Assembly: GCA_964513735.1 (NCBI GenBank)
Contig: CAZENU010000007.1
Location: 1 to 59,653, forward strand
Length of the DNA stretch: 59,653 nucleotides
Reading direction: 5' to 3'
From: an uncultured Dehalococcoidia bacterium
GTDB taxonomy: Bacteria; Chloroflexota; Dehalococcoidia; Lucifugimonadales; CAZENU01
The notes beneath the pieces were generated by a model that was not told the DNA's origin, ran no database searches, and saw only the letters and a list, made by a program, of their open reading frames with translations. Position 1 is the first letter of the stretch, and every line of letters starts with the position of its first letter. The position numbers were made by a program, and so were the translations under genes. Below, piece by piece: positions 47,014 to 55,995 of this stretch.

Positions 47014-48483
47014 CTATCGGAACCGGAACGAGTACAGTTTCGCGTTCTTGAAGTAGAACCGCAGCTTGATCGCCTTGCCCTCGAGCCTGCTTAGGTCCGA
47101 GCCGCCGTTCCAAGACGCGACGTGGTCCACGCTGTCGGTGGTGATCGGGTCGGAGTCGTCGAACTCGTAGCCTTCGATGTAGTCGTGGTTGGGCTCCAGG
47201 ACCTCGACCCGCAGCTCGCATGGGCCAGCGCCCCACTGCTGCAGCGCCGGCTGCATGTTGAGGTGCAGCTCCGAGCCGGTGAAACTGAATGAGCGCGTCA
47301 CCATTTCGCTGTACTCCGCGACCTTACTCCTCGAGGCGTACCCCATCGTCGCCGTGCCCTTAACCCCGTCGAGAGATACGAAGCCGTCCAGTCGCGATAT
47401 GCCGAGGCCGATGGCCCCTTGAGACTTGTCGCCGAGGGCGTACCAGGTCTCGGGCGAGCGCCAATTCCAGGCGTTGTAGAAGGTGAAGATCCGGTCGCCC
47501 TGCGCGATGGGCTCATGGCTGTAGATCGAGACGGAGTCGAACTCGACACCGGAGCCGCGCGGGATAAACGGCTCGCGGTAAGGGCGATCGTAGCGGATGC
47601 CATCTCGACTGAATACGATTTCGGGATGGTGGGTCGTGCTCGTCGTGCGGAAAATCCAGAGTATGCCGACGTAGATGCCCTCGTAGGCCGCCACGGGCAT
47701 CGCGTAGAACTCGGTGTCGGGCGGGTCGAGCTCGTCGGTGACGACGATAGTCTCGGCCTCCCCCCAGTGCACCATGTCAGGGCTCTCGGCCCGGCCGATC
47801 AGGCGCTTGCCCATTGGGCTACGTCGGTGCAGGGAGTTCTCCATGTGGACTGCGTAGACCTCGCGAATGGGGTCCCAGCCCATGAAGTGAGTCGGGCCCC
47901 ATCGTCCGACCTTCGGCGAGGTGTCGATGACAGGGTTGTTCTCATAGGGCGTCCAGGCTCTGGTGTCGGGCGAGAAGTACAGGTCGATCTGCATTCCCGG
48001 CGTAGTGGTCGAGCCGGTACGCACGAGGCCTTTGTATTTCTTGGCCGGATCGCTCTCATTGGGGTCCCTGAAGAAGTAGGGCGTGATGTCCCTGCCCTCG
48101 CCTAGGCCCATCGTCGGAGGCAGGATGTTGTTTCGCGTGGAGCCGTCAAACTCGACCAGGCCCAGGTTGGGCCGCTCCCAGTTCACGCCGTCCTCGGAGA
48201 CTGCGAAACAGTGGTGGGCCACTCCTTCGACGATCGGATTGTCGCCATCGCCAGGTTCGAAGGTCCGCACCGCGTACCACATCTTGAAGATGCGGTCGTC
48301 GGAATCGTAGATGACGTTGGACATGTACAGCATCTCGCCCTCCCAGGGACGCTCGGGGGCGAGCACGGGGTTGTTCTCGGCTTTGACGGCCGGGTTCATG
48401 ACCCTCATGGTGTCTGTCACGCTCTCAATGATGTAGTCGTCCACGAAAAGTTGCTTCTGTGAGCCAATGTCGATCAGCGTCAT
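47014..48483 (-). CDS. Uncharacterised glycosidase-like beta-propeller protein, paralogue 3
   Basis: KQLFVDD, NPVL.PERPWE, SEDGVNWERPNLG, SRDG, RLDGFVSL and LYSF. Confidence 0.75.
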   Translation of the reverse strand: MTLIDIGSQKQLFVDDYIIESVTDTMRVMNPAVKAENNPVLAPERPWEGEMLYMSNVIYDSDDRIFKMWYAVRTFEPGDGDNPIVEGVAHHCFAVSEDGVNWERPNLGLVEFDGSTRNNILPPTMGLGEGRDITPYFFRDPNESDPAKKYKGLVRTGSTTTPGMQIDLYFSPDTRAWTPYENNPVIDTSPKVGRWGPTHFMGWDPIREVYAVHMENSLHRRSPMGKRLIGRAESPDMVHWGEAETIVVTDELDPPDTEFYAMPVAAYEGIYVGILWIFRTTSTTHHPEIVFSRDGIRYDRPYREPFIPRGSGVEFDSVSIYSHEPIAQGDRIFTFYNAWNWRSPETWYALGDKSQGAIGLGISRLDGFVSLDGVKGTATMGYASRSKVAEYSEMVTRSFSFTGSELHLNMQPALQQWGAGPCELRVEVLEPNHDYIEGYEFDDSDPITTDSVDHVASWNGGSDLSRLEGKAIKLRFYFKNAKLYSFRFR

Positions 48484-48590
48484 CTTGATTCCTCTTTATC
48501 GTTTTCTCTGAGCTCTATGTTAACCGTCCTAACCATGCCCGCGGGCCATCGCGATCCGCACGAACTCGTCTGAGAGCTCGAGGCCCGTCA

Positions 48591-49069
48591 TTAATCCCCC
48601 GAACCCGGCGAGCTTGCGGGACAGGTCAACCTGTCCGTGAAGATCACAGAGGCAAAGCGCAATCGGGTCGAGAAAGGCCTGTGGAACGGCCCTGCGGCCC
48701 TTTTCACGGTGCTGTCTTGCGGGCTATATCCGGTGTCTGAAGGTTTGGCTCTGGTGCCCAGGGTCATCAATAGCTCTTCGTCCGGGCTGTATTTGAGCAC
48801 GACGTGAGCCATCTGATCGACCAGGTAGAGGTTACCTGTAGCGTCCACACATAGGCCGTGGGGCCGGCGGAAGGTCTGCGCCCATGCCTTCAAGGAGATT
48901 CCCCTGCCTGTCGAAGACCATTAGCTCGTGGCTGTTCCGGTTGAACAGGTACACGTTGTCGTTGCCGTCAACGGTGACTCCAGCGACCTGGTTGAACTCG
49001 TAGCCCTTGGGCAGCCTTCCCCAGCCCTCGTCGAAGCTCGTACTCTTGAGATCCGACGAAATAAGTCAT
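48591..49069 (-). pseudogene. NHL-repeat (PAL-like lyase family) pseudogene, frameshifted and 3'-truncated
   Basis: VAGVTVDGNDNVYLFNR...FDRQGNLL, frameshift near 48893 to AW..TFRRPHGL.VD, similarity ending at AGPFHRP. Confidence 0.75.
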
Positions 49070-49315
49070 GGCTCTCCTCGATTGTACCGGATCGCGCCGC
49101 AAGGTTATCACGGCGTGCCCGGGATTGGCATATAAGGCCTCAAACGCCAGGCTGCGAGGACAATCGACAAGGCGCCGCCAGGCTCTGGTCCTAGACGGCG
49201 TCGAGCCGCCCCCATGGGGCCGTCTACCTGACTTCGTTGACCGACGCCCTCGTCGTTGGTACGCTTGGCGTATGCGCCATCTGGACCTTCACTACGGACA
49301 GCGAGGACTATCACA

Positions 49316-49673
49316 ATGAAGGTAGACCGAGACCAGTTCATGGACCAGGGGTATCTGGTCCTCCGAGACGTTATTCCGCCCGACAAGCTGGAGGCCATGC
49401 GCGCGAGCTGCGAGACCATTTTGGAGCGGCAGAAGGTCGTTTGGGCCCGCGAGCGGAAGCCCGGTGACCCTGCCGGCGGGATGTATGAGACCCATCGCCA
49501 GCCTCGGGTTTTCATCCTGGAGCCGGTTCGAAGCGCTCGACACCATGCTCCAGGACAACGTGGAGATGTTCGAGCCCGCGTTCCAGTCTGGCCCGATGCA
49601 CTACTACTTCAACCAGTTGCCCGATGGGGTCGACACCGAGTCCTTCGTCGCAAGCTGGGCTGATCCCGCCTAG
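49316..49673 (+). pseudogene. Internally deleted remnant with a phytanoyl-CoA dioxygenase (PhyH)-like N-terminus
   Basis: MKVDRDQFMDQGYLVLRDVIPPDKLEAMR, then an abrupt switch near 49512 to a C-terminal piece in another frame. Confidence 0.6.
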
Positions 49674-49680
49674 GCTATTG

Positions 49681-49750
49681 GCGCCGAAACCGGCCCGCCG
49701 CATCAGGTGCCCCATCAGTGCGATGTCGTTGGCGCTCATGATGCCCCTCC
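49681..49750 (-). pseudogene. 5' scrap of a DUF1800 paralogue with its ribosome-binding site
   Basis: MSANDIALMGHLMRRAGFG versus MSGNDLALTAHLMRRAGFG (15/19 identical) in the 54562..55953 gene. Confidence 0.8.
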
Positions 49751-49763
49751 TAAGCGGGAAGTG

Positions 49764-49837
49764 AACCACAGAGGACACAGAGATAGGCGAGAGCAAAAGG
49801 CTTTGCAGACACTCTTCCCCTATTTGCTCTCTGTGGT
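49764..49837. repeat. ACCACAGAG-family inverted-repeat element, copy 3
   Basis: AACCACAGAGGACACAGAG...CTCTGTGGT. Confidence 0.7.
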
Positions 49838-49935
49838 GGACCTCTTTCTAGTTCTTGAACATGTCGAACTGTTCGAAGCGTACGTGCGACGACGTGGGTG
49901 GGCCGGGAACGGTTCCCGTATCCAAGGAGGACGAC

Positions 49936-50652
49936 ATGCCGACGAACAAGATTATCGAGAAGATGCGCCGCGGCGAGCGGGCCCTGGGCCTCGACCTGAG
50001 CTTCTACACTGACGAGCTGATCGAACTGGCCGGTCTGATGGGACTGGACTACGTGCACTACGACGGCCAGCACGCTCCGATAACCCCGGAGACCATCGAC
50101 CGCTTCTGCCGAATCTGTGACGGCTACGGACTGACCCCATCGATGCGGGTCCCAGACCATCAGCCCGGCAATATTCTCAACTACCTCGATCGAGGCATCC
50201 GCTCGATCACCGTGCCGATCACGGAGTCAAAGGAGCAGGCCGAGGCGCTGGTCAAGCACTGCTTCTTCGCACCCGTGGGCTTGCGGAGCTTTACGGGACA
50301 GCGGATACTCAGATACGGCTTGGGCGGCGACTTCAAGACCGTCATGGAGGATACCAACACGAGTTTCCTGCTCATACCGCAGTTGGAGACGATAACCGCC
50401 TACAACAACCTCGACGAGATACTCACCGTGGACGGCATAGAGGTGTTCGCCGGCGGCCCCAACGATCTCGCGCAGTCGATGGGCCACGTTGGCGAACCCA
50501 ACCACCCCGACTGCCTGAGGGTGACCGCGGATGGCGAGGCGAAGATCCACGCCGCTGGCAAGAAACTCTCCTCCGAAGTCATGCTCGGACTTAACACGAC
50601 CGGGTCCATCCAGGCCGACATCGCGGCGTTCCTCAAGGAAAACGGCCGCTAG
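49936..50652 (+). CDS. HpcH/HpaI aldolase family protein
   Basis: DYVHYDGQH, RVP, LDRG...I.VP, PVGLRS, QLET and GPNDLAQSMG; AAGGAGG ribosome-binding site. Confidence 0.9.
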   Translation: MPTNKIIEKMRRGERALGLDLSFYTDELIELAGLMGLDYVHYDGQHAPITPETIDRFCRICDGYGLTPSMRVPDHQPGNILNYLDRGIRSITVPITESKEQAEALVKHCFFAPVGLRSFTGQRILRYGLGGDFKTVMEDTNTSFLLIPQLETITAYNNLDEILTVDGIEVFAGGPNDLAQSMGHVGEPNHPDCLRVTADGEAKIHAAGKKLSSEVMLGLNTTGSIQADIAAFLKENGR

Positions 50653-50675
50653 AACCTAGAACGGAGCGAACCGTC

Positions 50676-51710
50676 GTGGCCGAGATAGGCAAAAGACTGA
50701 CCGTCGTTGACGGCGAGCGTGTCGAGATCGAGGCGTTCGACGTACCGGAGCCGGGTCCCGGTCAGGTGCTGATGCGGGTCAGCCGTAGCCAGGTCAGCGC
50801 CGGCAGCGAGAAGGGGCGCTTTCGCGGGCCGTTCAACCCCGCCGGCCACACGCCGCGTCCGCCGGGGTACACGGCCGTGGGCCGAGTCCAGGCAGTCGGG
50901 CCGGGCGTGGAGGACTTCACTGCGGGCGACCGCGTCTTCGCGCTGGGCAGGCACAGCTCGCACCTGCTCGTGGACACCGCGCCGCGGGAGGACTCGACGC
51001 TCAGCTTTGCCGAGGGCGAGTTCCCCGGCCGCCCTCCTCAGCGGATTAAGTTCGACATCACCGACGAGCAGGCATGCTTCTCCAGGCTGGGCGACGTGGC
51101 CCTGCACGGCGTCCGTCGGGCGGAGCTCCAGCCGGACGAATCGGTCGTCGTGTTCGGGCAGGGCGTCGTCGGCCAACTCATCGTCGGCGTATGCCGCCTC
51201 GCCGGCGGCTATCCGATCGTCGCCGTCGACCTGGACCCGGAGCGACTGGCGCTCTCTAAGAAAAGCGGCGCTACTCACGTCGTCGACGCCTCCACCACCG
51301 ATGCGGTCGAGGAGGTCATGGCCATCACCGGCGAGGGCGCCCGATGCGTCTTCCACGCGAACCGTGACGCGCAGGTCCTCGACGACTGTGTCCGGTCAGC
51401 GGGTTACGCGGGAAAGGTCGTGCTCGTGGGCGCCACGGGCGGCACGCTGGAGATGCGCCTCAGCCCGCTCCTGTCGCGGGAGATAGACGTCAGGGGCTCC
51501 CAGTGGCAGGTCGACTACCCGCACAAGTACTACCCGTGGTCGACGCCGCGGAACCGCAGCGCCATCATGAGGATGATCGAGTCGGGCGACCTGTGGGTGG
51601 ACCACCTAATCAGCCACGTCGCGAAACCGGAGGAGGCACACGAACTCTACCGCCTCATCGTCGCCGGTCCCAAGGGCTGGATGGGCATATTCTTCGACTG
51701 GAACGACTAA
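50676..51710 (+). CDS. MDR-family dehydrogenase lacking canonical catalytic Zn ligands
   Basis: VSAGSE and PGY replace C..D and GHE; VFGQGVVG Rossmann motif. Confidence 0.85.
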   Translation: MAEIGKRLTVVDGERVEIEAFDVPEPGPGQVLMRVSRSQVSAGSEKGRFRGPFNPAGHTPRPPGYTAVGRVQAVGPGVEDFTAGDRVFALGRHSSHLLVDTAPREDSTLSFAEGEFPGRPPQRIKFDITDEQACFSRLGDVALHGVRRAELQPDESVVVFGQGVVGQLIVGVCRLAGGYPIVAVDLDPERLALSKKSGATHVVDASTTDAVEEVMAITGEGARCVFHANRDAQVLDDCVRSAGYAGKVVLVGATGGTLEMRLSPLLSREIDVRGSQWQVDYPHKYYPWSTPRNRSAIMRMIESGDLWVDHLISHVAKPEEAHELYRLIVAGPKGWMGIFFDWND

Positions 51711-51740
51711 ACGGAGCCGTCAGGACTGTGCCACCAGATT

Positions 51741-51819
51741 CCGTCCGTGATGAGCTTGTCAGGCCATCTCTTCTCACATCGGGAATTAAGAAGCCCTTCG
51801 ACGGGCTCCGGGCAGATGG
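51741..51819. repeat. REP-like doublet between convergent genes
   Basis: CCGTCCGTGATGAGCTTGTC...CCCTTCGACGGGCTCCGGGCAGATGG. Confidence 0.6.
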
Positions 51820-51834
51820 TGATGGTACTGGGAT

Positions 51835-52578
51835 CTATGACGCCTTGATTACGCTGGCGACGAACTCGCCCTTGATCTCCCCGCCCCCGATTATGTGGCC
51901 TTCTATGGCCCTGAGAAGCTGATTATTGCTGATGTCGGGGCCCAACTCGAGCATGACATCCAGGGCATAGACGCGGAAGAAGTACTCGAAAACGATCTTG
52001 ACCTTGCCTTGTCCGTCTATCACGGTGACCGGCACCGGGCAGGGTCCCGAATATCCGATCGTCTTGTAGTCGTTGACGCCCTGCCGCGCACTGGGGCCGA
52101 TGGCCAGGACCTCCGTCGTCGTAGCCACCGCGGCCGCGAGACCGGTCGCGTCGCCGGGAATGTTCCAGATCACCCAGTGTGACCATGACTCCCCACGGAT
52201 CTGATCGCTCTCCATTATCATCGCGATGCTGACGGTTCCTTCGGGCACTCCCGTCCAGTTCAGGGGTGGCGAGGTGTTCGGGTACACGGCTCCGAACACG
52301 TAATTCTGATCGTAGGTGCGTCCCAAGGTCTTACCCCTGGTACCACACGAGTGGTCCTTGGGGATGCGCCGGATGCGACTGAAGACTGGGCTCGTTACCT
52401 CAATGTTCAGATCGAAGGTCTGCTGCAACGTGTACGGGCTGTCGTCACCGCTCACGTCGGCGGCGGGCGCGGCGCCGACCTCTCCGCCGCTCGCTCCGTC
52501 GCCGTCACTGGAACAGCCCGCGATGAACAGCGCCAGCGTCGTTGCTAGATAGAGTAGAGAGACGTACCGTCTGAACAT
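51835..52578 (-). CDS. YbhB/YbcL (PEBP/Raf-kinase-inhibitor-like) lipoprotein
   Basis: IAGC lipobox, SPPLNWTGVPEGT, HWVIWNIP, QGVND...GYSGPCP and YFFRVYALD. Confidence 0.9.
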   Translation of the reverse strand: MFRRYVSLLYLATTLALFIAGCSSDGDGASGGEVGAAPAADVSGDDSPYTLQQTFDLNIEVTSPVFSRIRRIPKDHSCGTRGKTLGRTYDQNYVFGAVYPNTSPPLNWTGVPEGTVSIAMIMESDQIRGESWSHWVIWNIPGDATGLAAAVATTTEVLAIGPSARQGVNDYKTIGYSGPCPVPVTVIDGQGKVKIVFEYFFRVYALDVMLELGPDISNNQLLRAIEGHIIGGGEIKGEFVASVIKAS

Positions 52579-53056
52579 CTGCCATCCTCCATTACCGGGA
52601 CGTCGCCGATCACTTCGGGGTGCTTGGGACCTCTGGGGGACGTTCGTCCAACTGGACAGTATCACTGCTCGCGAAACACAGTCAAACAGTGATGCCGCGG
52701 CATGTGGCCTACAATTGGGTCAGCTAGATGACACAGCATACGGCTTCAGGGGTGACGCGATCAACACAGAGACGACCGGTCCAACGAAGTTCAGTTTTGA
52801 CGGGTTGAGGGCTAGGACGGCTCCGGAGCCTACCCCTCTGCCCGGTGCGAAGGGCGAGGAGCCCAGGTTCCCGTTCACGATGTCGTACCCCGACCCTGGA
52901 AGCATGCCCATCATGGAGGCCCACGCCGCCCTGGACGATGCCCATCGAGCGCAGGCGGGAGATCGTTAAGGTCGGTGGCTGGGTAGGGAAAGAGTGCCGG
53001 CGTGAGGGGCCGTCGAGCGACCCTAGTCCACATATCCGACCGGGACTAAGCCGCAC

Positions 53057-53480
53057 CTATTCGCTCACGGGCTGAGGCATCGCCCTCTCGGGAAGCATGG
53101 GTGCCAGTAGCGGGTGCTCGCGGCCTTCTGTGAGTAGCAACGTAAGAGCCTCGGCCATCACCGCCGACATAGTGAAGCCGCCGTCCGCAGGAACCGCCAG
53201 ATAGACCCCTTCCAGTGCCTCGACGGGCCCGACCAGCGGAATCTCGTCGGGAGTCTGGGACGCGGTGGCCACGCGGTCCTCGACAACCTCGTATCGCAGA
53301 CCCGGCAGCGCGACAGAGACATTTTCCAGGATCGTCGATGGCGTTCCGTTCGAAGAGGTCCGCCCCGGCGGTGAATCCGCCGTCTACAGGCAGGAGAGCG
53401 CCGTTTACAAAGGCCGCTTCATCGGAGGCAAGGATCGAGCCCGTCTACCCGGCGCCGATGATGACTATGTCGTACTTCAC
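53057..53480 (-). pseudogene. Mosaic of GMC/FAD oxidoreductase 5' end, SDR 3' end and DAO-family 3' end
   Basis: VKYDIVIIGAG*TGSILAS | LASDEAAFVNGALLPVDGGFTA | TILENV..LPGL...TPDEIPLVGPVEALEGVYLA...GFTMS. Confidence 0.7.
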
Positions 53481-53512
53481 GGCGACTCTTTTCGGCGCCG
53501 GTGACCAGGCAG

Positions 53513-54532
53513 CTAGATCGTCCTGAGCTTCCGCGACGTGGCCCGCGGCGCTATCTGGTCTGCGCCAAGCGGAATCGCCTGCTTCTCGTAGATCTGCACC
53601 CGGAAGGAGTGGAACTCGGCGACATACATCCTCTTCTGATCGTCAACGACCACTGATCGAGGCGTACGGAAGCGCTTTTGTGGCTCGAGGCGCGAGTGCT
53701 CCCTGAGCATGAGCGAGGTGCCTTGCACCATCATGTAGTTGATCATCGACTTGGACAGGGTAGCGTCGCCAATGAACTCCTCGACGTAGCGTCCCTCCTC
53801 GCTGAAGAGCTGTACCCTGTTGTTGCCCGTGTCCGCGACGTAGATGTCGCCGTCGGAGTCAACGGCGACGCCCGAGGGGCGGTTGAACTCGCCGTCGCCG
53901 TAGCCTGATTTACCCAGGGCGAAGATGAACTTGCCGTCGGCGCTGAACTTCTGGATCCGATCATTGCGCCAGTCGACTACGTAGACGTCGCCGATCTCGT
54001 CGATGGTAATTCCCCACGGCATGTCGAACTGGCCATTCTCGTCTCCGTGTGAGCCCCAACTCAGGATGAACTTGCCATCCTTGGTAAACTTCTGGACACG
54101 GTGGTTCATCGTGTCCACCACGTAAAGGTTCTCGTCGGCGTCGAACGCAAGGCCAGCCGGGCGATCAAGTTGCCCTTCGCCGTCGCCGTGTTCGCCCCAC
54201 TTGCCCAAGAACTCCCCGTCCGGCCTCATGAAAGTTATGCGGTGCAGGGCGGAGTCCGAGATGACCAGCGTCTCGTCGCGGTCAACGACGATGGAGATCG
54301 GCCAGATAAACTTGCCATCCGCCTTCCCGACTCCACCTATTTTGCCAAGGAACTCGTCTTCGAACGTTATTGTTGATACGCCAGTGTTAGGCGAGATTTC
54401 CATGGAGCAAAGGCAGTAAACTCGGCCTTCTTTACCAAGAGCAATGTCGACCGGGTGGTCAACGTTGCGCCGCATTCCGATCGTCTTCAGGTAAGGAAAG
54501 CCCGCCCTCAGCAACGCGTATGGTCTCGGCAT
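53513..54532 (-). CDS. NHL-repeat six-bladed beta-propeller protein
   Basis: Repeated G.F..P.GIA.D..G..YV.D..N.R.QKF motifs; no signal peptide. Confidence 0.92.
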   Translation of the reverse strand: MPRPYALLRAGFPYLKTIGMRRNVDHPVDIALGKEGRVYCLCSMEISPNTGVSTITFEDEFLGKIGGVGKADGKFIWPISIVVDRDETLVISDSALHRITFMRPDGEFLGKWGEHGDGEGQLDRPAGLAFDADENLYVVDTMNHRVQKFTKDGKFILSWGSHGDENGQFDMPWGITIDEIGDVYVVDWRNDRIQKFSADGKFIFALGKSGYGDGEFNRPSGVAVDSDGDIYVADTGNNRVQLFSEEGRYVEEFIGDATLSKSMINYMMVQGTSLMLREHSRLEPQKRFRTPRSVVVDDQKRMYVAEFHSFRVQIYEKQAIPLGADQIAPRATSRKLRTI

Positions 54533-54561
54533 ATTCTGCTCCTAGTGGAACGTTTGGCAAT

Positions 54562-55953
54562 CTAGGCAAACTGGTACTCGCGAGTAGACACGGCAAGCTG
54601 CAGCATGCCTGCGATACGAGTCTCGCTTTTCTCGCGCTCTTCCTTGGTTTCGAAATGCAGATCACCGCCGGGCCGAATGTGGTCCAAGAGGCTGTTACGG
54701 GTCGTGTCACTGACCACCACGGGTCCGATCAGTTCCAGGCTCCTGTCTACCAAGTCCTCTGGTGATAGGACGGGTCCCAGGCCGCTCAGGCGGGCCACGA
54801 GCCTCTGAACGCCAGGCTTGGTCAAGTCGCCTATCTGGTCGGCGGCGAAGTTGACTCGCTCGGTCAGCGCGCCACCGTCGATCCACTCCTGTCCAGTGTG
54901 CCAGCCCTCTACGGTGGGGGGATTCGTCAGATGCTGTCCCATAAACTCAGGGGCTTCGCCAAGATCGACCAGGCCAGGGTCGGGGAACCTATGTGTGCCC
55001 ACCAGCTTTATCGTCCCCGCCACCAGCTCCGCCGGGCTCTTCACTCGGGCATACTTGGCGTCCTTAAAGAAGTCGGAGTTGAACAGCAAATGGAGTACCG
55101 ACCGCATGCTTCCGCCCGAGTCGAGAAACTCCTGGGAGAGCGCGGCGATTGCCTCGGGGTCCGTCGGCGGCTCGACCGACCAGGCCGGGACCTGGGGCTC
55201 GTCGGCGACGAAGAAGTTGTAGAGGTGCCGGGAGACGAACGTGGCAGTTTCGGGCTGGTTGACGATGATGTCGATGATGTCTTGGCCGTTGAAGTTGCCG
55301 GTGTGGCCCAGGAAAGTCTTCTCGCCGTCGTTGTGGTCCTCCTCCACGAATTCGAACTCGGGCGCGAAGTGGCCGCAGGGGTAGAGGGGTATAGGTTGCG
55401 TGAAAGTCCACCCGGTAAATGCCCGCGCACACTCTTTAACATCCTCCTCGGTGTAGCTGCCTATCCCCATCGAGAACAACTCGAGTAGCTCACGGCCGTA
55501 GTTCTCGTTGGGTTCGTCCTTGTGGTTCTCCGAGTTGTCCAGCCATGAGATCATCAGCGGGTCCTTGGACACTTCGGTGAGGATCGTGCGCCAGTCGGTC
55601 AGGCCGACGCGGCGGAACATGTCGAGCTGGACGATGTGCGAAAACGGAGCGCTGTCCTTGGAGTAGGCGGTTGCAAAGACGTGATGGAGAAAGAGCACCA
55701 TCTTCTCTTCGAGCGGCCGGCTAGTGTTGACCATGCGGTAGACCCACGTCGAGGGGTTGTTGTGGATCGTGATCTCGCCGTAGAAGCGGTCTAGGACGTC
55801 TTCCTCGACTGGAGGAAAGCGCTCAGGGTGGAGGAGATCGTCCACCAGTGACTCGTAGCTGCGGGCGGACAGCTTCTCCAGCTCCTCACGAGTGGAACCA
55901 AACCCCGCGCGCCTCATCAGATGTGCGGTGAGGGCAAGATCGTTGCCGGACAT
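54562..55953 (-). CDS. DUF1800 family protein
   Basis: HLMRRAGFG, LEEKM.LF.H.VFA, WLDN, PNENYGRELLELFSMG, ARAFTGW, KSPAE and PPTVEGW. Confidence 0.93.
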   Translation of the reverse strand: MSGNDLALTAHLMRRAGFGSTREELEKLSARSYESLVDDLLHPERFPPVEEDVLDRFYGEITIHNNPSTWVYRMVNTSRPLEEKMVLFLHHVFATAYSKDSAPFSHIVQLDMFRRVGLTDWRTILTEVSKDPLMISWLDNSENHKDEPNENYGRELLELFSMGIGSYTEEDVKECARAFTGWTFTQPIPLYPCGHFAPEFEFVEEDHNDGEKTFLGHTGNFNGQDIIDIIVNQPETATFVSRHLYNFFVADEPQVPAWSVEPPTDPEAIAALSQEFLDSGGSMRSVLHLLFNSDFFKDAKYARVKSPAELVAGTIKLVGTHRFPDPGLVDLGEAPEFMGQHLTNPPTVEGWHTGQEWIDGGALTERVNFAADQIGDLTKPGVQRLVARLSGLGPVLSPEDLVDRSLELIGPVVVSDTTRNSLLDHIRPGGDLHFETKEEREKSETRIAGMLQLAVSTREYQFA

Positions 55954-55995
55954 GAGTGTCCTCCAAGTATCGGTGCTAGAAGTGAATGAACGTTC

